From NCBI GenBank assembly GCA_964603595.1, contig CAZRVN010000004.1, positions 148,678 through 212,677 of the forward strand: DNA of 64,000 bases, in the 5' to 3' direction. Of this stretch, positions 31,249 through 39,481 are shown piece after piece. The DNA comes from an uncultured Actinomycetota bacterium (lineage in GTDB: Bacteria; Actinomycetota; Humimicrobiia; Humimicrobiales; Humimicrobiaceae). The position numbers were made by a program, and so were the translations under genes. Below the pieces are notes generated by a model, which saw only the letters and a program-made list of their open reading frames with translations, was not told the DNA's origin and did no database searches. Position 1 is the first letter of the stretch, and every line of letters begins with the position of its first letter.

Positions 31249-31429
31249 TTGAAATTTAAATAAAAAAAACCGACTGCATTTAGTCGGTTTCGCTACTTGC
31301 TCCTCTTTTCTCAAAGCGTCCAAATTAGAGAAAAGTATCAAAGCACCTAAATTAAAATAAATATTTTAATATCTAAATTATTATATTTTTATAACGGGAT
31401 TATATTACATTTTTTACTAAAATGTCAAA
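31231..31429 (-). promoter_or_regulatory. Promoter plus structured 5' leader (copy 2 of the duplicated element) upstream of the LRR lipoprotein gene
   Basis: The minus strand carries TTGACA (31429-31424) and a TATAAT-like -10 (31404-31399). Hairpin B is next. Hairpin A (31270-31287) comes next, followed by eight U residues that end about 14-30 nt before the start codon. Confidence 0.55.
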
Positions 31430-31548
31430 CTTTTCTTATAAAATAATTTTTTTTAAGCTTTTACTGCAGCAACCGTTGAATTAAGAAACTATAATCCAGT
31501 ATCAATCCTTATTTTATTATTAACAATAATAATGATAATATTTCCCCT

Positions 31549-32181
31549 ATGAAAATAAAAAAATTCTATAAAAAACATAAAATAAAAATTATAAGATACA
31601 CCGGAATAGCCCTGATAATAATGGGGCTTTCGGTTATAATATGGCCCTTCTACACCAGCTTTATCATGGCAAGAAGAGAACTGGATATACTCTCCTCATG
31701 GGAAGAAGAAACGGAATTAACCGGCGGTGAAAAAGGTGATGGAATAAATGGAAAGCTTGAAAAAGAAAATATTCCCGTTGATACAGAGAAAAAAGTCCCT
31801 TTCAGGATTACAATCCCCGATATTGAGCTGGACTGGATTGTCAATAAAGGAACCGACTACGCAACTTTAAGAAAAGGACCGGGCTATTACATATCCTCTG
31901 CTCTCCCGGGCGAAGAAGGCACCTGCCTTGTGGCCGGTCACAGGACTACCTACGGTGCTCCCTTTAATAGACTGGGTGAGCTTGAAGAAGGTGACGAAAT
32001 AATAATAGAGACAGAAGGTAACGAAAAATTCACCTATATAGTTACGGGTATGGAAGCTGTACTCCCCACTGACATGTCTGTCCTTGAAAATACTGATTAC
32101 CCTTCCCTGGTGCTGTCAACCTGTACACCAAAATATTATGCCACGAGAAGACTTATAATATATGCAAGGATTGCAGAATAA
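31549..32181 (+). CDS. Sortase (copy 3)
   Basis: It has a transmembrane anchor and the motifs AGHRTTYGAPFNRLGEL and LVLSTCTP, followed by the conserved Arg. The product is 210 aa. Confidence 0.8.
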   Translation: MKIKKFYKKHKIKIIRYTGIALIIMGLSVIIWPFYTSFIMARRELDILSSWEEETELTGGEKGDGINGKLEKENIPVDTEKKVPFRITIPDIELDWIVNKGTDYATLRKGPGYYISSALPGEEGTCLVAGHRTTYGAPFNRLGELEEGDEIIIETEGNEKFTYIVTGMEAVLPTDMSVLENTDYPSLVLSTCTPKYYATRRLIIYARIAE

Positions 32182-32496
32182 TCGGAATTTAAGAAGAATA
32201 ATTTAAGAATAATAGTTATTCCGGTTACCAGTGTTACCGGCAATTTTTGATTGGCTTAAATAATTATATATAACCTCTTTTACAGCAGCTATCTTTAGAC
32301 AGGTACATTCTAAATGCCATTTAAAAAAAATTAACCTTGTTTTATCCTGTTTTTATTAATCCGGGTTAATAATAAACTTTTTTAAAAATGCTAAACCCAT
32401 TTACTAAAGTTTAGTTAACTTCAACAAGCAGCTCATCGGCAGTGTATTGATATTGTATTTAAAAAAGTGAGTATTTAAGTAAAAGTTTAGTAAAAA

Positions 32497-32545
32497 AAGG
32501 GGGGTAAGTTCTCAAACTCTTGGACGCCTGAATTAACTTACCCGA
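32497..32545 (+). terminator. Hairpin with a T-tract in the 666-bp non-coding gap
   Basis: GGGTAAGTT-24 nt-AACTTACCC is followed by GATTTTT. It is about 320 nt downstream of sortase 3. Confidence 0.3.
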
Positions 32546-32847
32546 TTTTTAATTCTATCACGATTGTTTTTTAATTCAATATAATAATGATAAAATTCTA
32601 ATTATTTTGTTGTAATTTTATAATAGCCATATAATAAATTCGGCAAATTTAATAAATATTTAGTAAATGGATAAAAAAACATAAATATTTTCTGGGCGGG
32701 TTAATACAAAGTTAATACAGATTAAATCATTAACTTTAATCTACTACTTACTGCCTGCCTATAAACTCCCTGTAATCCAGCTCCTGCCGCCGGATATTTA
32801 TCTACTTTTTTTATTTATTATCATCTTTCATGCAGCCAGCATAAATA

Positions 32848-33660
32848 TTAATCAAGATATGAATGTGCATACAATGTTTTATTGGTCAGTATCTCAAAAG
32901 TTCTGACAGCATTCATTAATTCCCTGTCAAGCGGATTAACTATAGCGCTATCAAGACCGTTGCTTAAAAGTATTACAAGATATATCCTGTTAATAAGACT
33001 CTTAAGTTTGTGAGGAGAAGACTGGGAAACATTGCTTAGCCCCACTATAGTTTTTGGCTCGTCATCAAGTCCCATTACTTCCTTAAGTTCCTTAAATGCC
33101 TTCAGTGCGTTAATACAATTTAATACCTGCTCCTGAAGGACAGATACCGGCAGGATTAAAGGATCCAGATACAAATCCCCTGCAGGCACTCCATATTCCA
33201 GCGCAGAATTAACTATATCTATAGCTATTTCTAACCTGCTGTCAACATCGGGGGGCACCCCTTTTTTGGTTAAAGCAATTCCCACGATTTTACTGTTATA
33301 CTTCTTCGCCATGGGCATAAGAATATCAAGCTTATCCCTATCACCTGTAACAGAATTAATCATGGCAACGCCCTTATGTACTTTCAGACCTGCTTCAATA
33401 GCACTTATATTTTTAGTATCAAGAGAAAGATTTACATCTACCTCAGATTGAATGCTTGTAACCATCCACTTCATTAGTTCTTCGCCATTTTTTGTTGCCG
33501 GGCCTATGTTTACATCTATATAGTTCGCGCCTGCTTCTTTCTGCTCTTTTGCTATCTTAATAATGGGCTCTGCATTTCTTTCCTTAACCGCACTGCCTAT
33601 AACCTCTGAAGTTACAGTTATATTTTCCCCTACTATTAACATATTTCTCCCCAGACTCAT
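32848..33660 (-). CDS. acsE: Methyltetrahydrofolate:corrinoid/iron-sulfur protein methyltransferase (pterin-binding, AcsE/MtrH-like)
   Basis: 270 aa. LDTKNISAIEAGLKVHKGVAMINS, DLYLDPLILP and GLSNVSQ are close to Moorella AcsE motifs as I recall them. It lies near the acs cluster. Confidence 0.7.
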   Translation of the reverse strand: MSLGRNMLIVGENITVTSEVIGSAVKERNAEPIIKIAKEQKEAGANYIDVNIGPATKNGEELMKWMVTSIQSEVDVNLSLDTKNISAIEAGLKVHKGVAMINSVTGDRDKLDILMPMAKKYNSKIVGIALTKKGVPPDVDSRLEIAIDIVNSALEYGVPAGDLYLDPLILPVSVLQEQVLNCINALKAFKELKEVMGLDDEPKTIVGLSNVSQSSPHKLKSLINRIYLVILLSNGLDSAIVNPLDRELMNAVRTFEILTNKTLYAHSYLD

Positions 33661-33765
33661 GAATTTATAATATTAAAACACGAAAGACTGCGAAAAATAA
33701 TTACAACATTAAAACTAATTTAAAAGTTAATCCGCTCGCCTAAAAACACCCCATCAATCATATCA

Positions 33766-34569
33766 TTAAGATTCGTAATCAAACCACTTACTGTAAATTT
33801 CATCATAGGTTCCATCTTCCTTAATCTCTTCAAGGATGCTGTCGACTTCCTCTTTTAATGTGCTCCCTTCACTAAAGACAATTCCAAATTCTTTGCTTGA
33901 TTTTACTACTTCCAGCACACTATAAATCCCGGTATTTCCAGTGATAAGATTAACCCCCACGGGAAGGGAAAGAAACATTCCGCCAATATCCTTATTCTTC
34001 AGGGCATCAATCATAATAACTACATCATTATATCTTTCAACTTCAAAATTAAGCAGATAATCCTCATCAATGTATTTTTCTTCGCTACTCAATATCCCTA
34101 AGGGTCCCCCCTCCATATTTTCCTTAATCTTGATATCGGCCTCATCTAAGACAATTAACATATACTCCATAGTAAAATAAGGAATTGAAAAATCAACTAT
34201 ATCGTCTTTATCAGGTAATATTGGAATAGCTGATATAACCATATCAAGTTTTATATCCCCGGGAATCTGGTAGCTGCTCTCCCAGTCTATTTGCACTATT
34301 TCTAAATCCTTCTCCATCCTGCTGGCAATTTCTGTTGCAATATCAATATCAAAACCCTCAACATTACCATCTTCCATAAACTCAAAAGCTGGATATGTAG
34401 GGTCGCAGCCCACCATAAGGTTTGACCCTATATTATTTATATCTCCGGCATTATCCCTGGTCCTGCAACCACCTGAATTCAGAAGCAAAAAAATAATTAT
34501 GCCGGCAATAATCACATATATAAAAAATAAAGAAGTATTCTTATTTTTTTGTATAAAATTTAAAAACAT
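33766..34569 (-). CDS. Family-3 periplasmic solute-binding lipoprotein (amino-acid type). It is orphaned, with no adjacent permease or ATPase.
   Basis: It has a signal peptide with an LLNSGGC lipobox and an SBP_bac_3-like fold pattern. Confidence 0.55.
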   Translation of the reverse strand: MFLNFIQKNKNTSLFFIYVIIAGIIIFLLLNSGGCRTRDNAGDINNIGSNLMVGCDPTYPAFEFMEDGNVEGFDIDIATEIASRMEKDLEIVQIDWESSYQIPGDIKLDMVISAIPILPDKDDIVDFSIPYFTMEYMLIVLDEADIKIKENMEGGPLGILSSEEKYIDEDYLLNFEVERYNDVVIMIDALKNKDIGGMFLSLPVGVNLITGNTGIYSVLEVVKSSKEFGIVFSEGSTLKEEVDSILEEIKEDGTYDEIYSKWFDYES

Positions 34570-35026
34570 TTAAAAAATTTACTTTTCATTTAAGTTATAT
34601 GCTCATAATTAATTTACCATAGGTTAAATTTTATTAGAATTAAATTATTTTTCAAGCAATATTTTGGCTTTACCACGCCATAGTTTTAGAAGCATATAAA
34701 TGATAAATATATGATTTTAAAATATAAATATAAAACTCTATTAAATGATTATAAAAAACTCTAATTAATTCATGTATAAAAGTATTTTATATCCTACTCA
34801 TTATATGTTAAAATTAATAGTGTAGAGTACTAATATTATTTAATAATATCAGTATTTTTAATATTTTAAGTAAAAATAGATAGAGGAAGTGCTCAAATAC
34901 GGGTTCTAAATATAAGTTTACAGGTTGATTTGATTTTTACTTAAAAATAGTATAAAGTATTTCAAGTTTTATTTTGGAAATGTTTTGACGGACTGAAAAA
35001 ATTATTAAAAAGGTTGGTGAATAAAA

Positions 35027-35464
35027 ATGGCTAAGAGTGATGATGTCAAGAAAAAATCAGAAGAGATAGGAATAAATGGTCTCAACAGCATAAGCAATTT
35101 AGAAGCTGAAATAATGAAGATTATCTGGAAGAGCGGCAAAGTAACAGTAAGGGAAGTGCATGAGGACATGCTGAGAAAAGAAATTGAAAGTAAAGAGCAT
35201 GGTTTCATACCATATACCACTGTGATGTCAACAATGACTACCCTGGCTGAAAAAGGCCTTCTAAAGCAGAATAAGACTTCCAAAACATACCTGTATTCTG
35301 CTGCTGTTGACAAAAAGGAACTTTCAAAGAGAATAATAAAATCAGTTTCTGACAAATTGCTTGAGGATAGTACCAGAGGAATGGTCTCAAGATTTTTATC
35401 TGACAGCAAGAATATCTCAAAAGAAGGGATAAATAAGCTATTAAAAGAGATAGACAAGCACTAA
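35027..35464 (+). CDS. BlaI/MecI/CopY-family winged-helix transcriptional repressor
   Basis: LEAEIMKIIWKSGKVTVREVHEDM...TVMSTMTTLAEKGLL aligns with the BlaI N-terminal DNA-binding domain. It lies upstream of an M56 peptidase gene. Confidence 0.8.
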   Translation: MAKSDDVKKKSEEIGINGLNSISNLEAEIMKIIWKSGKVTVREVHEDMLRKEIESKEHGFIPYTTVMSTMTTLAEKGLLKQNKTSKTYLYSAAVDKKELSKRIIKSVSDKLLEDSTRGMVSRFLSDSKNISKEGINKLLKEIDKH

Positions 35465-35667
35465 AACTGATTACCTGTAATAAATATATTTTTACATTGC
35501 TAGTCCGGAAAGCTGGTTAGAGGAAAAATATAAGAAAATTTTAAAATTATTTTCGGCTGAGATTTATGTTAGTGTAATCATATTAAAAAAATTTTTCCCT
35601 CGTGTATTTGTCAGGATTAAATTATGCAATAGTATTTATATAATTAATACATAATACATATATCTTT

Positions 35668-36729
35668 ATGTTTTTTTTAGAAATATTAATAAATTACATT
35701 CTGCCGATTATCTATACAAGTGCTATAAGTCTTGTACTGGTACTATTATTCCTTTTTATCTTCAGGATTAAAGACTCAAATATAAGAATTTTATTTTTCT
35801 TTATACCGCTGATAAAGCCATTTATAGCAATTGCGGAAAAATTTGATACTAGCAAACAGCACTTTAACGTAAACACCACTATCGGAGCAATCAGGTTTCC
35901 CGACCCTGCCAATATCATTAAAAGTTTTGAAATTTTTGACAAAGGTCCCCTGGTCATTTCCGACATCAACTACCTGATTCTATTTCTTGTATCTATAATT
36001 ATAATCATGGTACTGGTGGCAAGATGGATTAACCTTCTTTTTTTCTACAGGAGACTGGCATATGAAGAAAGGGTCAGCCGTAAGGATGTGCCTGATCTCT
36101 ATAAAATTATGGACCGCTACACCAGTAAAATAAAATTAAATACACCTGCTGTAAGTCTTACCCACAGGGATTTCTTCTCACCTTTTGTCGCCGGCATTAA
36201 AAACTACACCATGGTCCTGTCGCCAACTCTAATAGAAAAGCTTGATTTAAACGAAAAAGAAACCCTGATCCAGCATGAACTTTCACATATAAAAAGAAAG
36301 GATAATTTTATAGGATGGATGGCTCTGATATTAAGAGACCTCTTTTTCTTTAACCCTGTTTCCTACATTGCTTACGGCCTGATAAGGGCTGAACAGGAAA
36401 AAGACAGCGATAAGCTCATGGTAAAATACTCCGGCAAGTCCAAAAAAGAGATATCCAGAAGCATCCTGGGAATTATCCTGAAGCTAAACTCAATCACAAC
36501 AAGAAGAATGAATCCGGATACTCCCTATACTTCTACCTTCTCCCCCTTCACTCTGCTCAACCACATAAAGATAAAAAACAGGATAAAATCCATTTCAAGA
36601 ACCGACCCGGGAAAAATTTACAGCCGCCTGCTTCCCAGGGTTTTAATGTATTTAATGTTCGCTCTCCTGTTACTGCTCCAGATTGTTTTTATTTTTAAAA
36701 TAGGTAACTGGTTTATTTTCCTTAGATAA
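35668..36729 (+). CDS. M56-family (BlaR1/MecR1-like) membrane metallopeptidase lacking the C-terminal penicillin-binding sensor domain
   Basis: It has multiple transmembrane segments and the M56 zinc motif LIQHELSHIKRKD. It is 353 aa, against about 585 aa for sensor-bearing BlaR1. Confidence 0.75.
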   Translation: MFFLEILINYILPIIYTSAISLVLVLLFLFIFRIKDSNIRILFFFIPLIKPFIAIAEKFDTSKQHFNVNTTIGAIRFPDPANIIKSFEIFDKGPLVISDINYLILFLVSIIIIMVLVARWINLLFFYRRLAYEERVSRKDVPDLYKIMDRYTSKIKLNTPAVSLTHRDFFSPFVAGIKNYTMVLSPTLIEKLDLNEKETLIQHELSHIKRKDNFIGWMALILRDLFFFNPVSYIAYGLIRAEQEKDSDKLMVKYSGKSKKEISRSILGIILKLNSITTRRMNPDTPYTSTFSPFTLLNHIKIKNRIKSISRTDPGKIYSRLLPRVLMYLMFALLLLLQIVFIFKIGNWFIFLR

Positions 36730-36903
36730 ATTTTAGAAATATAACATAACCTTCCTAAAATTTTGGATACCAGAAATTAATCTTTTTTTACCTGCCGCAT
36801 TACCATACCAGTTTGATATAACAGCTTTATAGTAGTAACATATATAACTATATAATAATTATATAGCTGTAACATAAAAATTACTTCAGGAAGGGAGTAA
36901 TAT

Positions 36904-37026
36904 TTGAAGTCCATCAACAAAACCAAAGACCTCTGGAATAATGACCTGAAGATGGAAGGGTTAAAAGGTTATATGAGCCCCATGTGCTGCTGGATATGGT
37001 GTTTCTGGTGGATTGACCACCCATGA
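36904..37026 (+). CDS. Putative RiPP precursor peptide, 40 aa, with a TTG start. It is not in the supplied ORF track.
   Basis: AGGAAGGGAG sits 6 nt upstream of TTG. The translation is (M)KSINKTKDLWNNDLKMEGLKGYMSPMCCWIWCFWWIDHP, with a Cys/Trp-dense C-terminal core. The stop lies 20 nt before the radical-SAM/SPASM gene. Confidence 0.5.
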   Translation: MKSINKTKDLWNNDLKMEGLKGYMSPMCCWIWCFWWIDHP

Positions 37027-37046
37027 TAGTGTAGATATTACTAATA

Positions 37047-38423
37047 ATGGAATTATTCCAGAGTAGTTACAACTACTCAAAAAAAATAAATTCAAAGTAT
37101 ACCCTGATAAATAATACCCTGACCGGTGCACTGGATATAATAGAAAATTATATCTGGCAACTGATAGAAAAGAAAAGTTTTGATAAAGTAGAATCCGGTA
37201 TTTTATCACGGCTTATGGATAGGGGGTATTTCTATACCGATTCAAAAAAAGAAGACCAGATATTTAAAGAGCTTTTTTCTAACTATACAAAAAAAATATT
37301 TTCAAAACCCGTTAGATTTGTATTCTGCCCATCTTTCCATTGCAACCTTGATTGTATTTACTGCTTCCAGAAAGACCTTCCCGGCAATCCAAATAAATTC
37401 ATGAGCAAAAAAGTACTTAATGACTCCATTAAAGCTGCCAGGAAAATATCAGAAAAGAAATCAGGCAATATTGACTCTATTGAACTTTTTGGAGGAGAGC
37501 CCCTTCTCCCAAAGAGTAAAAACTATGTAGAGAAAATTCTCAAATTTGCAGCAGAGGAAGATGCAACCATAACCATAGTTACAAATGGGGTACTGGTAAA
37601 AGATTTTCTGGACATACTTAAACCGGTAAAAAATAGAATCAACATGCTCCAGATAACCATTGACGGGCCACCTGAAATCCATGACAGCAGGAGAAAATTC
37701 CATTCCGGCAGAGGCAGTTTTGACAAAATAGAAGAGGGCATAGACCTCCTCTTAGAAAATAATATTAATACCCACATGAGGATAAATATTGACAATACCA
37801 ATATTGACTATCTACCGGAGCTTTACAAATATGTCAGTAAAAAAAACTGGCTTGGCCACCCTGATTTTAAAATATTACCTGCACTGGTTACGGACCACAG
37901 CACCCTTGATTATGACGATATCATAATACCCGAAGAGAAATTACTGGAAAAATTAATTATATTGTATGACAACCATCCGGAATTGGAAGACGTGCTTAGT
38001 TTTTATGCTTTCAAGCCCGTAAGGCATATACTGGAACTCTTAGAAGGATCGCCCAATGTTTCCCCAAAATTCTACAACTGCGAGAGCAATATACTGGAAA
38101 TGAATATTTTTGGCCCTGACGGATATATTTATGCCTGCGGGGAATCCATAGGCAAGCCCGAATATGCTATAGGAAGATTCAGCCCCGGACTTGAATTTTA
38201 CCCGGACAGAGAGAAACTATGGACCTCAAGAAACATAATGAGTATGAAAAAATGCAAAGAGTGTAAATTCGCTCCCCTCTGCGGCGGCGGCTGCGCCTTT
38301 TCCTCAATGCTTATATATGATAATAACAGCACCCCGGTATGTGAAAGATACCAGGAAGTACTTGATACATTCATTGAGCTAAGAGGAGAAAAGATATTTA
38401 AAAAATATATGGAAGACCGGTAA
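37047..38423 (+). CDS. Radical SAM enzyme with a C-terminal SPASM domain (peptide-modifying maturase type)
   Basis: The CNLDCIYC element gives the CxxxCxxC radical-SAM cluster motif. The C-terminus has seven Cys including CKECKFAPLCGGGC, which matches Cx2Cx5Cx3C. About 90 aa N-terminal to the core could be a precursor-recognition domain. Confidence 0.8.
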   Translation: MELFQSSYNYSKKINSKYTLINNTLTGALDIIENYIWQLIEKKSFDKVESGILSRLMDRGYFYTDSKKEDQIFKELFSNYTKKIFSKPVRFVFCPSFHCNLDCIYCFQKDLPGNPNKFMSKKVLNDSIKAARKISEKKSGNIDSIELFGGEPLLPKSKNYVEKILKFAAEEDATITIVTNGVLVKDFLDILKPVKNRINMLQITIDGPPEIHDSRRKFHSGRGSFDKIEEGIDLLLENNINTHMRINIDNTNIDYLPELYKYVSKKNWLGHPDFKILPALVTDHSTLDYDDIIIPEEKLLEKLIILYDNHPELEDVLSFYAFKPVRHILELLEGSPNVSPKFYNCESNILEMNIFGPDGYIYACGESIGKPEYAIGRFSPGLEFYPDREKLWTSRNIMSMKKCKECKFAPLCGGGCAFSSMLIYDNNSTPVCERYQEVLDTFIELRGEKIFKKYMEDR

Positions 38424-38432
38424 AGCCCTTTT

Positions 38433-39347
38433 TTAAAGCTGCATTTTTGCTGCTTTTAAAGTATTTTTAAGAAGCATCGCAATTGTCATCGGGCCAACTC
38501 CACCGGGAACAGGTGAAATATAGCCAGCTTTGGGCTCCACTTTTAGAAAATCCACATCTCCTATAAGAGTAGAACCCTTTTTCTCAAAGTCTTCCTTTCT
38601 CCATTCAAGAAGTTCCTTACTTGCTTTATCTTTTGTTATCCTGTTAATTCCCACATCTATAACCACTGCGCCTTCCTTAACCATATCTTCTTTAATTAAG
38701 TAAGGAACACCGGCAGCAACAATAAGGATATCAGCTCCTGAAGTACTGAACTTCAGGTCCCTGGTTTCAATATGACATATTGTAACAGTAGCCCATTCAT
38801 TCAAAAGGAGCAGCGATGTCGGTTTGCCCACTATTTCACTGTGCCCCACCATGGTAGCATTCTTTCCCTTTATGGTTATGTTTTCTCTCTTCAGCATTTC
38901 TATAATGCCGGATGGAGTAGCGGGAACCAGGCAATCCTGCTGCGCTATCAGTCTTCCCGTATTTATGGGATGAAATCCATCCACATCCTTTTCCGGGTAT
39001 ATAGCTTCCAGGACCTCTGCCTTATTTACCTGTGGCGGCAACGGAAGCTGGACAAGGATGCCATGGATATCATCCCTCTGGTTAAGCTTCTTGATTTCAT
39101 CCAGAATATCCCTGTTAGATATACTTTTATCCATCCTTATTGTCTCAGAATAGAATCCAACCTCATCACAGCCCTTCTTTTTATTTCTTATATACACTTC
39201 CGAAGCAGGGTTATCCCCTACCAGTATCACTGCCAGACCCGGTGCAACTCCCCTGGTTTTTTTTAGTTCTTTTACTTCTTCTGTTATTTCTTTTTTTATA
39301 TCCTGTGATATCTTCCTGCCGTCAATTAATTTAGCTATTTTAATCAC
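38433..39347 (-). CDS. folD: Bifunctional methylene-THF dehydrogenase / methenyl-THF cyclohydrolase
   Basis: 304 aa with GLAVILVGDNPAS, YIRNKKK and PGGVGPMTIAML motifs. Confidence 0.88.
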   Translation of the reverse strand: MIKIAKLIDGRKISQDIKKEITEEVKELKKTRGVAPGLAVILVGDNPASEVYIRNKKKGCDEVGFYSETIRMDKSISNRDILDEIKKLNQRDDIHGILVQLPLPPQVNKAEVLEAIYPEKDVDGFHPINTGRLIAQQDCLVPATPSGIIEMLKRENITIKGKNATMVGHSEIVGKPTSLLLLNEWATVTICHIETRDLKFSTSGADILIVAAGVPYLIKEDMVKEGAVVIDVGINRITKDKASKELLEWRKEDFEKKGSTLIGDVDFLKVEPKAGYISPVPGGVGPMTIAMLLKNTLKAAKMQL

Positions 39348-39481
39348 CCCTGTTATCTAAAAAATATAATGAACCTACAAAAAAAATTACCTTAAAATGA
39401 GTTCTTAATAAACCAACCCATTGGCGCCAGAAAATAAAATCATATTAAAAAACAAAAAATATTAAAATGCACTGCCTGCTC

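Noticed and set aside
31231-31341. Upstream extension of the LRR ORF to the ATG at 31341
   Set aside because: The extension would translate straight through the conserved leader hairpin and U-tract. A proper signal peptide with a lipobox begins at the internal Met codons at 31248 and 31230.
35005-35457. 150-aa minus-strand ORF
   Set aside because: It is antisense to the well-supported BlaI-family repressor gene. It has no RBS, and its product is hydrophobic low-complexity sequence.
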